Assembly (NCBI GenBank): GCA_964367745.1 | Contig: CAYIYK010000005.1 | Coordinates: 1 to 53,691 of the forward strand | DNA: 53,691 nucleotides | Direction: 5' to 3' | DNA from: an uncultured Candidatus Saccharibacteria bacterium | GTDB taxonomy: Bacteria; Patescibacteriota; Minisyncoccia; Phycocordibacterales; PALSA-1337 | Shown here: one piece after another, positions 26,149 to 35,969 of the stretch | Position numbering within the stretch: position 1 is the stretch's first letter | How the letters are laid out: the number at the start of each line of letters is the position of its first letter | Translations under genes and position numbers: made by a program | Notes under the pieces: generated by a model | Seen by the model: the letters and a program-made list of their open reading frames with translations, nothing else | Databases searched by the model: none | What the model was told of the DNA's origin: nothing

Positions 26149-27372
26149 ATGTCACATTTTATTTTTAAAGCAAAAAAGCCTTCTGGCGAAATATATAAAG
26201 GTGAAAAGGATGCCGACGATCGATATCAGCTATATAAAATACTAAAAGAATCTGGTGATGAAGTTGTTGAGGTCGACGAAAGATCTGGAAAAGGATTTTC
26301 TCTGAAAGGATTTTCTATCAATCTTCCATTTTTAAATTCGGTTAAACCTCAAGAGAAAATAAATTTTGCTAGAAACCTAGGATCCATGATCACTGCGGGT
26401 TTGTCTATGTCTAGAGCGTTGAATGTTATGGAAAGACAAGCAAAGGGAAAAGAGATGAAAAGAGTTCTTGCTGCATTACAAAGTGATATAAGTGGAGGAA
26501 AAACTTTGAGTCAGGCTATGGGAGCTTTTAAAAATGTATTTTCTCCACTATTCGTGTCTATGGTTGCTGCTGGGGAGCAAAGTGGAACGCTCGCCGAATC
26601 TTTAAGAATTATCGGTTTACAAATGGATAAATCATTCGCACTACAGAGAAGAGTAAAAGGTGCGATGATGTATCCAGGAATAATCATGGGGGCAATGCTA
26701 ATAGTAGCGGTTCTCATGCTTACTTTTATTGTTCCAACTCTTATGAAGACTTTTACAGAATTAAAGTTGGATTTGCCAGCGACAACAAGATTCGTATTGT
26801 TTGTAAGTAATACTCTTAGAGATCATGGGCTTATAACATTTTTAGGACTTATCGTTGTTGTTTCGGGTTTAATTGTTTGGTCAAAAAAGATGAGTGGAAA
26901 AAAATTCTTCCATTATATAGTTTTACAAATACCAGTAGTTGGTAATCTTTTAAAAGAGATGAATTCTGCTAGAACAGCTAGAACATTATCATCACTTCTT
27001 AATTCTGGGGTAGATGTTGTTGAGTCGGTAAAAATAACTACTGAAGTTATCCAAAATATTTATTATAAACAGATACTAGAAAAAGCGGGGCAGGCTATAG
27101 AAAAAGGAGAACCAATTTCAAAGATCTTTACTCAAAGTGAGAAGTTCTATCCAATTTTCTTGGGAGAAATGATGAGTGTGGGAGAGGAGACTGGTAAAAT
27201 CGGAGAAATGCTCCTAGGTGTCGCTACTTTTTACGAAGACGATGTAGATCAAAAGACAAAAGATATGTCTACAATCATCGAACCATTCCTTATGGTATTT
27301 ATTGGAGCCGCAGTGGGATTTTTTGCTCTAGCTATGATTTCACCTATGTATTCACTCGTAAATGTTGTTTAA
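26149..27372 (+). CDS. pilC: Type IV pilus platform protein PilC (GspF family)
   Basis: 407 aa with two GspF repeats, 3 TM helices and the EPFLMVFIGAAVG motif. Confidence 0.9.
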   Translation: MSHFIFKAKKPSGEIYKGEKDADDRYQLYKILKESGDEVVEVDERSGKGFSLKGFSINLPFLNSVKPQEKINFARNLGSMITAGLSMSRALNVMERQAKGKEMKRVLAALQSDISGGKTLSQAMGAFKNVFSPLFVSMVAAGEQSGTLAESLRIIGLQMDKSFALQRRVKGAMMYPGIIMGAMLIVAVLMLTFIVPTLMKTFTELKLDLPATTRFVLFVSNTLRDHGLITFLGLIVVVSGLIVWSKKMSGKKFFHYIVLQIPVVGNLLKEMNSARTARTLSSLLNSGVDVVESVKITTEVIQNIYYKQILEKAGQAIEKGEPISKIFTQSEKFYPIFLGEMMSVGEETGKIGEMLLGVATFYEDDVDQKTKDMSTIIEPFLMVFIGAAVGFFALAMISPMYSLVNVV

Positions 27373-29167
27373 CAAAATAAAAAAAATTCAAAGTCGAGGA
27401 TTCACTCTAGTAGAGACAATTGTCGGAGTTGCTGTTTTTGTTATGGTAGCAAGTGCGGCTTATCAAGCTTATATAAGTTTATTTAAAATTATAAATCAAA
27501 ACCAATACAAAATTGCAGCTTTAAACCTGGCAAATGAGCAATTTGAAATTATTAGAAATTTACCATATTCAGATGTCGGTGTGCCGGGAAGTATTCCAAA
27601 TGGAAAAATACCCCATACCCAAACACTCGTTAGAAGTAATATTAGTTTTACAGTTACTACAACAATAAGAAATATCGATCAGCCTTTTGATGGGCAGATT
27701 GGAAGTACAACAAATGATCTTTCACCAGCAGATAATAAAGTGGTAGAGGTAGAGGTGGCTTGCTCGACTTGTGGAAGCTTTACCTCAGTAACACTTACAA
27801 CGAACGTCGCACCTAAGAATCTCGAGACAGCATCAACAAACGGGGCACTGGTAATAAAAGTTTTTGATTCAAACGGTGTTCCTGTATCTGATGCTTCGGT
27901 ACATGTTGTAAATGCTCTAGTAAATCCAAATATTGTCATAGACGACGTTACAAATGTTGATGGAGTATTACAAATAGTGGATGCTCCACCAGGAGTCGAT
28001 GCGTACCAGATAACAGTTACCAAATCAGGATATTCAACTGATATGACCTATACTCCAGGAGCGGTTGGTAACCCAACCCCAACAAAACCTCATGCAACTG
28101 TAATACTTCAACAATTAACTCAAGTAAGTTTTGCTATTGATAGGCTATCAACGCTTTCTTTTTCTAGTGTAAAACTAGACTGTACTCCTGTCGCGAATAT
28201 TAACTTCAATTTAAAAGGTGGAAAGACTCTCGGTCCGAACGTGTATAAATACTCTCAAAGTTTAGTAACAGATGCTTCTGGAAATTACTCGAATTCATCA
28301 ATGGAATGGGATACTTATACCGTGACGGGTACTGATGGATCATACGATATTATCGGTATCAATCCTTTAAATCCAATAAATCTTATTGCAAACTCGACAC
28401 AAAGTGTTCAGTTGGTTGTTAGCGCTATAGATGAAAAAAGTCTATTGATAACAGTAAAAGACAATGCTACACAATTACCGGTAACAGATGCAGTCGTGAG
28501 AGTTACAAGAAATTCATACGACGTTAGTAAAACAACTGGACGTGGCTCTATAAATCAAACTGATTGGTCAAACGGAGGATCGCAAGATCTTTATGTAGAC
28601 TCAAGAATGTATTTCTCTGATGATGGAAGTATAGAGGTGGGGAGTCCGGACGGTGAAATCAAACTTAGAAATGTTTTTGGAAACTATAATCCTAGTGGGA
28701 TATTGGAATCTTCTACTTTCGATACTGGATCACCAAGTAATTTTTATAATCTTAGTTGGACTCCAACGGATCAGCCTATAACAGCTGGTTCAGATAGTGT
28801 GAGGTTTCAATTTGCTACTAATCTAAATATAAGCACAACCACAATTTGGGACTATAAGGGTCCAGATGGTACTTCTGGAACTTATTATACAAATCCAAAC
28901 TCAACACTCTCAACTGTTCATAATGGAGATAGATACGCCAGATACAAAGTTTACCTAGCTTCTATAAGCTCAACCACTACACCTAATGTTTCAGATATCT
29001 CATTTACTGAGACCACCCAATGCACACCACCAGGGCAAGTAGTCTTCACTGGATTATCTGAAGGTACATATCATATTGATATAAGTAAGTCAGGATATAC
29101 CACTTCGGTTGCAGATGTAGATGTTGATTCAGCTTTTGTTGAACAAGAAGTATTATTATCACCATAA
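27362..29167 (+). CDS. Very large prepilin-type protein (601 aa) with carboxypeptidase-regulatory-like domains
   Basis: Class III signal: KKIQSRG|FTLVETIVG (G-1, F+1, E+5). The body has beta-sandwich-like segments such as VIKVFDSNGVPVSDASVHV...TKSGYST. Confidence 0.8.
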   Translation: MLFNKIKKIQSRGFTLVETIVGVAVFVMVASAAYQAYISLFKIINQNQYKIAALNLANEQFEIIRNLPYSDVGVPGSIPNGKIPHTQTLVRSNISFTVTTTIRNIDQPFDGQIGSTTNDLSPADNKVVEVEVACSTCGSFTSVTLTTNVAPKNLETASTNGALVIKVFDSNGVPVSDASVHVVNALVNPNIVIDDVTNVDGVLQIVDAPPGVDAYQITVTKSGYSTDMTYTPGAVGNPTPTKPHATVILQQLTQVSFAIDRLSTLSFSSVKLDCTPVANINFNLKGGKTLGPNVYKYSQSLVTDASGNYSNSSMEWDTYTVTGTDGSYDIIGINPLNPINLIANSTQSVQLVVSAIDEKSLLITVKDNATQLPVTDAVVRVTRNSYDVSKTTGRGSINQTDWSNGGSQDLYVDSRMYFSDDGSIEVGSPDGEIKLRNVFGNYNPSGILESSTFDTGSPSNFYNLSWTPTDQPITAGSDSVRFQFATNLNISTTTIWDYKGPDGTSGTYYTNPNSTLSTVHNGDRYARYKVYLASISSTTTPNVSDISFTETTQCTPPGQVVFTGLSEGTYHIDISKSGYTTSVADVDVDSAFVEQEVLLSP

Positions 29168-29169
29168 AT

Positions 29170-29778
29170 ATGTATAAAAATAATAAAGGATTTAGTTTGG
29201 CGGAAATCGTTATCGTTGTCGGAATACTCGGCATGATAATGGTGGTTATAGGTGCGTTCCAGAGAGATATCTTTGTAAATACAAAATTTGCTCAAGATTC
29301 ATTGTCTACAACTCAGGATTCTAGAAATATATTGAGAATGATGGTGCGTGAACTACGTACTTCATCTTCTGGGAATGATGGTTCATACCCCTTAATCTCA
29401 GCATCTACTAGCACCTTGTCTTTTTATAGTGATGTTGATGCTGATGGTTTGAAAGATAAAGTAAGATACTACGTAGCTACAACGACTCTTACGAAAGGTT
29501 TGATAAAACCTACAGGTAGTCCACTTACATACGTTGCTGCAAATGAAGTTTTCAGTATTTTAGCGTATAATTTAAAGAACTCTTCCAGCACTCCACTTTT
29601 TGAATATTATGATAATGCTTATGCGGGAACGAGTAGTCCACTAACTCAACCTGTTGTTATATCAAATGTTAGATTGGTTAAAATTAACTTGATGGTTGAT
29701 GTTGATCCAAATAAGTCACCGAACGTTAGAACTTATACTTCCCAGGTAAATTTGAGAAATTTGAAAGATAATTTATGA
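29170..29778 (+). CDS. Minor pilin / pseudopilin (PulJ-like)
   Basis: MYKNNKG|FSLAEIVIVVGIL prepilin motif with E+5. 202 aa. Confidence 0.75.
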   Translation: MYKNNKGFSLAEIVIVVGILGMIMVVIGAFQRDIFVNTKFAQDSLSTTQDSRNILRMMVRELRTSSSGNDGSYPLISASTSTLSFYSDVDADGLKDKVRYYVATTTLTKGLIKPTGSPLTYVAANEVFSILAYNLKNSSSTPLFEYYDNAYAGTSSPLTQPVVISNVRLVKINLMVDVDPNKSPNVRTYTSQVNLRNLKDNL

Positions 29779-31235
29779 TTAATTTTAAAAATAAAAATAG
29801 TGGCCTAATACTTGTTAATGTTTTAGTTTTCGGTGTTATTGCTATTGTTGTTACAACATCACTTGTAAACTGGGCGGCGGTAATGTTGAAAAATACTAAA
29901 CAGTTGGGTGCTCGAGAGCAAGCTATACAGATAGCTGAAGCTGGAATTGATTATTATCGATGGCATTTGGCTCATGCACCTAATGATTATAAAGATGGGA
30001 CAGCGACTACTACGAATGGTCCATTTGTCCATGATTTTGAAGATAAGGACGGTAATGTTATTGGACAATTCTCTCTTAATATAACACCACCTCCTACTGG
30101 TTCAACTTTGATTAAAATAAAATCAACCGGAACCGTATTGTCTGATCCTGGTTTGAGTAGAAGCATACAAGTTTCACTCGCTATTCCTTCTCTAGCAAGA
30201 TTCGCTATGGTTACAAACAGTGTTGTTTATTACGGAGCCGGAGAAGAAGTTTTTGGTCCAATACATTCAAATAATGGAGTAGGGTTTTTGAGTGGAAATC
30301 CAGCACCAAAAGTACACAATCTCGTTACAAGCGCACTTTCGACTTTTATTTCCGGAAGTACTCGAAAACTCGGTGTATTTACGTCGGTACCCACATCAGA
30401 TCCAAACCCTACTACAACAGTTGCACAAGTTATACCGAATAGACCTGATGTGTTTATGGGGGGAAGACAATTCCCAGTAGCGGTTGTTGATTTTACAAGT
30501 ATAACTAGTGATCTATCAGGATTAAAGACACTCGCGCAATCAGCAGGGTTCTACAGAGCTTCATCTGGAGGTAATGGTTATAGAGTAGTACTAAGAACAG
30601 ATGATACTTTTGATTTATATAAGATAAATTCTCTACGTCCAGCTCCTGGAGGTTGTACGAATTCTCAGAGTCAGACAGGGTGGGGCACTTGGAGTATAAA
30701 TACGACCGGTGGAGCTACAACTCTTCTCGGTAATTATGCATTTCCATCAAATGGAATCATGTTCTTCGAAGATCATATATGGGTTGAAGGCCAAATAAAT
30801 ACAGCAAGATTAACTATTGCTGCGGGGGTTTTTCCAGTAAATTCTAGTACCTACAAGCATATTATTGTAAATGATAATCTGACCTATACAAATTTCGATG
30901 GATCAGACGCTATTGGTCTTATTGCACAAGGTGATTTCCTGGTCGGACTTTCAAGTGCAAATAATCTTAGTATCCACGGAGCCTTAATCGCGCAAAATGG
31001 TTCAACAAGACGATTTTATTACAATTCATCATGTGGTACTGGGGTTAGAAATACTCTAACTACATACGGAATGTTTGGTTCGAACGGTCAGGGGTATTTC
31101 TCATACGGTACCAATGTTAGTGGTTATAACAATCAGCCTGCAACATACGATGCAAACTTCCTATATGCTCCACCACCAAACTTTCCTCTAACATCTAGTC
31201 AGTACTCGATTCTTTCTTGGGAAGAGGTAAAGTAA
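29775..31235 (+). CDS. Pilus-associated protein with N-terminal pilin-like helix (PilX-like; no E+5)
   Basis: 486 aa with N-terminus KNKNSGLILVNVLVFGVIAIVV. Translationally coupled (ATGA overlap) to the preceding pseudopilin. Confidence 0.6.
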   Translation: MINFKNKNSGLILVNVLVFGVIAIVVTTSLVNWAAVMLKNTKQLGAREQAIQIAEAGIDYYRWHLAHAPNDYKDGTATTTNGPFVHDFEDKDGNVIGQFSLNITPPPTGSTLIKIKSTGTVLSDPGLSRSIQVSLAIPSLARFAMVTNSVVYYGAGEEVFGPIHSNNGVGFLSGNPAPKVHNLVTSALSTFISGSTRKLGVFTSVPTSDPNPTTTVAQVIPNRPDVFMGGRQFPVAVVDFTSITSDLSGLKTLAQSAGFYRASSGGNGYRVVLRTDDTFDLYKINSLRPAPGGCTNSQSQTGWGTWSINTTGGATTLLGNYAFPSNGIMFFEDHIWVEGQINTARLTIAAGVFPVNSSTYKHIIVNDNLTYTNFDGSDAIGLIAQGDFLVGLSSANNLSIHGALIAQNGSTRRFYYNSSCGTGVRNTLTTYGMFGSNGQGYFSYGTNVSGYNNQPATYDANFLYAPPPNFPLTSSQYSILSWEEVK

Positions 31236-31251
31236 ATGATATAATATCTGA

Positions 31252-32007
31252 ATGAAAAAGAAGATAATTATCGGCAATTGGAAGATGAATCCTGTTACTA
31301 TTGAGGATGCAAAAAGTATATTTAAAGCAACAAAGAGTGCAGCTGAAAAATCAAAATCATTAGATGTCATAGTTTGCCCACCGTTTGTCTATTTATCAAC
31401 GGTTTTAAAAACTGAATCAGAATCTGTGTCTATAGGTTCACAAGATTCTTTCTTTGAATCACAAGGATCTTTTACTGGAGAAATAAGTCCACTCATGTTG
31501 AAGAATATGGGAGTAAAGTATTCTATCGTTGGACATTCAGAGAAAAGAGCAAAAGGGGATACTGATGAAAATATATCAAAAAAGGTCGCATTGCTTCTTG
31601 ATCTCGGTATAAAGACTATTTTATGTCTTGGAGAAAAGGAAAGAAGTGAAGATGGGGCGCATTTGGATTTTTTGAAAAATCAGATTAAAAACTCTCTAAA
31701 CAAAGTTTCAAGAAAAAATATAAACAATCTCATTATCGCTTATGAACCTGTATGGGCAATAGGTGCAAAAGAATCAATGCAACCTGCAGATATTTACGAA
31801 ATGTCTATTTTTATCCGAAAAATCTTGTCAGATCTTTATGGGCAAGATACCGCAGTTGCTACACCAGTTCTTTATGGCGGTTCAGTAAATTTTAGGAATG
31901 CAGCAGAGATTTTCACCAAAGGTCAAATCGATGGATTGCTTGTTGGTAGAGAAAGTGTGAATATTTCAGGGTTTAAAGAATTATTAAAGACTGTAGATTC
32001 AATATAA
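31252..32007 (+). CDS. tpiA: Triosephosphate isomerase
   Basis: GNWKMN, VGHSEKR, AYEPVWAIG and YGGSV motifs. Confidence 0.93.
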   Translation: MKKKIIIGNWKMNPVTIEDAKSIFKATKSAAEKSKSLDVIVCPPFVYLSTVLKTESESVSIGSQDSFFESQGSFTGEISPLMLKNMGVKYSIVGHSEKRAKGDTDENISKKVALLLDLGIKTILCLGEKERSEDGAHLDFLKNQIKNSLNKVSRKNINNLIIAYEPVWAIGAKESMQPADIYEMSIFIRKILSDLYGQDTAVATPVLYGGSVNFRNAAEIFTKGQIDGLLVGRESVNISGFKELLKTVDSI

Positions 32008-32008
32008 T

Positions 32009-33079
32009 ATGAAAACTATAAAAAACGTTGAGAATTTGAAAGATGTGAAAGTATTAGTAAGACTAGACCTCAATGTACCTATAGAGAATGGTCATATTGT
32101 AGATGATTTTAGAATAAGAAAATCTCTGCCTCTTATAAATTTCTTGGATTCAAAAGGTGCTCATCTTATCCTTATTAGTCATATAGAAACAAAAGAAAAT
32201 CCTACACTAAAGCCCGTTGCTGAATATTTAAATAAACTAGGTATAAAATGCGTTTTTGAGAAAAACTATAAAAAAGCACTTAATAATAAAAATAAAATTA
32301 TTTTACTTGAGAATCTTCGTGAGCATGAAGGGGAGAAGAAAAATGATAAGACTTTTGCAAAAGAACTCGCTTCATTGGCAGATATTTATGTAAATGAAGC
32401 ATTCTCAGTATCACATCGAGAGCATGCTTCTGTTTGTGCTATTACAGAATTTATTCCAAGTTATATGGGACTTCAGTTTGAAGAAGAGGTAAAAAACTTA
32501 AGTCTTGCTTTCAAACCCGATCATCCTTTTCTTTTTATTCTTGGAGGAGCAAAGTTTGAGACGAAACTTCCTTTGGTTGAAAAGTTTATATCAATCGCCG
32601 ATTCAGTATTTATCGGTGGAGCTCTGGCAAACGATTTCTTTAAAGCTCAAGGCAAAGATATTGGAAGTTCTTTGGTTTCGTCTACAGATTTGGATTTAAA
32701 TAAGTTTATGAATAATAAAAAACTTTCTTTACCAATAGATAATATTTTAAAGGATACTGCGATAATGGACGTCGGTATGAATACTATTGAACAATTGAGA
32801 AAAGAAATTGATAAAGCAAAATTTATTTTATGGAATGGTCCTTTGGGTGCTTATGAGACAGGGTACAAATCAGGAACATTACAACTTTCAGAAATCCTCG
32901 CTGAAGCAACAGGAAAGGGTGCAAAAACTATAGTTGGTGGTGGAGATACACTTGCAACTATCGCTGAATTAAAATTGGAAGATTCTTTTACATTCGTATC
33001 AACTGGAGGGGGTGCAATGCTAGATTTCCTTGCTAAAGGGACATTACCGGGGATAGAGGCACTTAAAGATTCTCAATAA
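32009..33079 (+). CDS. pgk: Phosphoglycerate kinase (short, 356 aa)
   Basis: VRLDLNVP, NLREHEGE, VNEAFSVSHREHAS, WNGPLGAYE and GGGDT motifs. Confidence 0.9.
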   Translation: MKTIKNVENLKDVKVLVRLDLNVPIENGHIVDDFRIRKSLPLINFLDSKGAHLILISHIETKENPTLKPVAEYLNKLGIKCVFEKNYKKALNNKNKIILLENLREHEGEKKNDKTFAKELASLADIYVNEAFSVSHREHASVCAITEFIPSYMGLQFEEEVKNLSLAFKPDHPFLFILGGAKFETKLPLVEKFISIADSVFIGGALANDFFKAQGKDIGSSLVSSTDLDLNKFMNNKKLSLPIDNILKDTAIMDVGMNTIEQLRKEIDKAKFILWNGPLGAYETGYKSGTLQLSEILAEATGKGAKTIVGGGDTLATIAELKLEDSFTFVSTGGGAMLDFLAKGTLPGIEALKDSQ

Positions 33080-33437
33080 TCTTGTTTTGATTCTCTTCAA
33101 AATTCTTCGGACTACCTTCCACATCTCTATTTGGAAATACCCATATGTGTGCATGGTGAACTTCATCGCCAACAATTCTACTCAAAATAAAATCAGTGTT
33201 AAAGGCCTTTCTTTGTGCGAGAGCAATCTTTTTTGCTATTTCAAAATACTCTGAAGAATTCGGAACATCCCATACCCAACGATAATGATCTTTTGGAATT
33301 ACTTGAACATGTCCTGGAGATTGAGGATTTATATCTAAAAAGGCAAGGAAGTTCTCATTTTCATAAACAACATATGAAGGGATCTCTTTTTTAACTATTT
33401 TACAGAATATACAATTTGTTTCGTGAGTCATAATCAT
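33063..33437 (-). CDS. HIT-family (histidine triad) protein
   Basis: CIFCKIV, FLDINPQSPGHVQVIPK and the triad HHAHIWVFP. The start is trimmed to MIMTHE (33437), which removes the overlap with recJ. Confidence 0.8.
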   Translation of the reverse strand: MIMTHETNCIFCKIVKKEIPSYVVYENENFLAFLDINPQSPGHVQVIPKDHYRWVWDVPNSSEYFEIAKKIALAQRKAFNTDFILSRIVGDEVHHAHIWVFPNRDVEGSPKNFEENQNKIIENL

Positions 33438-33463
33438 ATTATACCAGATGATATACTTGTTGC

Positions 33464-35158
33464 ATGAAGAAATATTCTGTACGGGAGAGAGTGAATGGAA
33501 GTATGCTAGACAATCTTCTTTTTTATAGAAATATAAAAACTCCACAAGAAAAAGAGGATTTTTTAAATCCAAATTATGAAAAACACATTCATGATCCTTT
33601 TCTTTTAAAAGATGCAAAGAAAGCTGCGGAGAGAATCATAAAAGCAATTGAAGAAAATGAAAGTATTGTGATCTATAGTGATTATGATGCTGACGGTATT
33701 CCTGCAGGAGTTCTTTTTCATGATTTTTTTAAAAAAATAAATTTTAAGAATTTTATTAACTATATTCCTCATAGACATGATGAAGGTTTTGGTTTGAATG
33801 TTGAAGCTGTGAACCAGTTTATAAAAGATAAAGTGAATTTGCTGATTACTTTGGATTGTGGGATTTCTGATATTGAAGCGGTTAAAGTTGCGAAAGGTAA
33901 TGGTATCGATGTGATCATTACAGATCACCACGAACCTCATGAAGAGCTTCCACAAGCATTTGCAATTGTAGATCATAAACAAAAAGATTGTGACTATCCT
34001 GAAAAGATATTGTGTGGATCCGGAGTTGGTTTTAAATTGATTCAAGCAATTCTTAAAATAAAGAGATTTGATATGAAGGACGGTCATGAAAAATGGTTTC
34101 TTGATATGGTGGGAATGGCTACACTTTCTGATATGGTTCCGCTTGTTGGTGAGAATAGGGCACTGGCACATTTTGGTTTAAGGGTTTTGAAGATAAGTCC
34201 TCGTAAAGGTCTTATGAGACTTTTGAATCATTTAAAAATAAATCAAAAATATCTAACTGAAGATGATATAGGTTTTATGATAACCCCTCGAATAAATGCC
34301 GCTTCTAGAATGGGTGTTCCCATGGATGCTTTTAGACTGCTTGCAACTGACGATGACGATGAAGCGCACAAATATGTATTACATTTAGATGAAATAAATA
34401 ATGAAAGAAAAGGGAAAGTTGCTTCAATAGTAAAAGAAGTTAAAAAGATTATTTCAGAAAGATACAATAACAATCCAAGAAATGTAATCGTTGCAGGTAA
34501 TCCACAATGGCGACCCTCGCTTCTTGGTCTTGTTGCGAACTCTTGTGCAGAAGAATTCGGTAGACCAGCATTCCTTTGGGGAAGAGATGGTGATGGTGTA
34601 ATAAAAGGTTCATGTCGTTCAGGTGGAACTGTAAGTGTTGTGGATATTATGAATAAAGTAAAACAGGGAGTAATGATTCAATATGGTGGACATAGCGCTT
34701 CTGGAGGGTTCGCCGTATCAGATGAAAATATTCATTTTTTTGATGATCATTTGAATTCTGCTTTTGATTTACTTTTAAAAGAAGAAAAAAATATCGAACC
34801 TGATTATGTCGATATGGAAATATCCTTGGATGAAATAGATTGGAATATGTATAAAGAGATAGAGAAGCTGGCTCCTTTTGGTATTGGAAATAAAAAACCA
34901 TTTTTTCTTTTAAGAGATATAAATATATTTGGAATAAAGGAATTCGGAAAAGAAAAGAATCATTTGGAATTAAGTTTCAAGAAGGGCAATGGTAGTTTGA
35001 TAAATGCGATGGGATTTTTTATGGATAGTAAAACATTTAAAAATAAAGATGGAGAAAATATAAAGATTGGGGATAAAATAGATCTCATTGCAACTCTTGA
35101 AAAATCTATGTTTAGAGGAAGGGCAGAGCTGAGGATGAGGATTGAGGATGTGGTCTAA
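33464..35158 (+). CDS. recJ: Single-stranded-DNA-specific exonuclease RecJ
   Basis: DHH motifs (YSDYDADG, LITLDCG, VIITDHH) and DHHA1 (GGHSASGG). Confidence 0.88.
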   Translation: MKKYSVRERVNGSMLDNLLFYRNIKTPQEKEDFLNPNYEKHIHDPFLLKDAKKAAERIIKAIEENESIVIYSDYDADGIPAGVLFHDFFKKINFKNFINYIPHRHDEGFGLNVEAVNQFIKDKVNLLITLDCGISDIEAVKVAKGNGIDVIITDHHEPHEELPQAFAIVDHKQKDCDYPEKILCGSGVGFKLIQAILKIKRFDMKDGHEKWFLDMVGMATLSDMVPLVGENRALAHFGLRVLKISPRKGLMRLLNHLKINQKYLTEDDIGFMITPRINAASRMGVPMDAFRLLATDDDDEAHKYVLHLDEINNERKGKVASIVKEVKKIISERYNNNPRNVIVAGNPQWRPSLLGLVANSCAEEFGRPAFLWGRDGDGVIKGSCRSGGTVSVVDIMNKVKQGVMIQYGGHSASGGFAVSDENIHFFDDHLNSAFDLLLKEEKNIEPDYVDMEISLDEIDWNMYKEIEKLAPFGIGNKKPFFLLRDINIFGIKEFGKEKNHLELSFKKGNGSLINAMGFFMDSKTFKNKDGENIKIGDKIDLIATLEKSMFRGRAELRMRIEDVV

Positions 35159-35177
35159 AATCCTATAATTAGTTATT

Positions 35178-35891
35178 ATGATACCAATGAATACAACAAT
35201 ATTTACAGATGGAGCGTCTAGAGGCAACCCTGGCAAGGGTGGCTGGGGTTGTGTAGTTGTTGAAAAAGATAAAGTAGTAGAACTTGGTGGTAGAGAAGAT
35301 GATACAACAAACAATCGCATGGAACTTGAAGCAGTAATATCTGCTCTATCTATCGTAAAAGAAAAAGATAATATCACTGTTAATTCAGATTCATCTTATG
35401 TAATAAATGGAATAACAAAATGGGTGAATGGATGGAAAAGAAATGGTTGGATAACAAAAACAAAAGATGAAGTATTGAATCGCGATCTTTGGGAGAGACT
35501 GGTGGAAGCAAAAGGGGGTAAAGAAATAAATTGGAATTATGTAGGAGGTCACTCAGGAATAGTAGGGAATGAGAGATGTGATGTTATAGCTACGTCATTT
35601 GCAGACAATGATCCTATAGATTTGTTTAATGGAAATATCTCAAACTATTCGATAAAAAATATTTTAGATCTATCTCATGTTGAAGAATTAAAAAAAGATA
35701 AAAGTGAAAAGAGGAATCATTCAAAAGCAAAAGCGTATTCTTATGTTAGTAAACTTGATGGAAAAATATTAACACATAAGACTTGGGCAGAATGCGAAGC
35801 TCGCGTAAAAGGTAAAAGCGGAACTAGATATAGAAAAGCAATATCACAAGAACAAGAACAGCAAATTATAGAAGAATTTAATAAATTTTAA
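35178..35891 (+). CDS. rnhA: Ribonuclease HI with a C-terminal hybrid-binding-like domain
   Basis: RNase H core: FTDGASRGNPG, NNRMELEAVISAL, SDSSYV, GHSGIVGNERCD. The C-terminal 50 aa (AYSYVSKLDGKILTHKTWAECEARVKGKSGTRYRKA) resemble the RNase H1 HBD. Confidence 0.85.
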   Translation: MIPMNTTIFTDGASRGNPGKGGWGCVVVEKDKVVELGGREDDTTNNRMELEAVISALSIVKEKDNITVNSDSSYVINGITKWVNGWKRNGWITKTKDEVLNRDLWERLVEAKGGKEINWNYVGGHSGIVGNERCDVIATSFADNDPIDLFNGNISNYSIKNILDLSHVEELKKDKSEKRNHSKAKAYSYVSKLDGKILTHKTWAECEARVKGKSGTRYRKAISQEQEQQIIEEFNKF

Positions 35892-35969
35892 TAAAATAAT
35901 AATAAAAATTTTATTTAGATTTCATTTTCTTTTTATATAGATTTTATTTAGGGCTGGTAATATTTTTAT

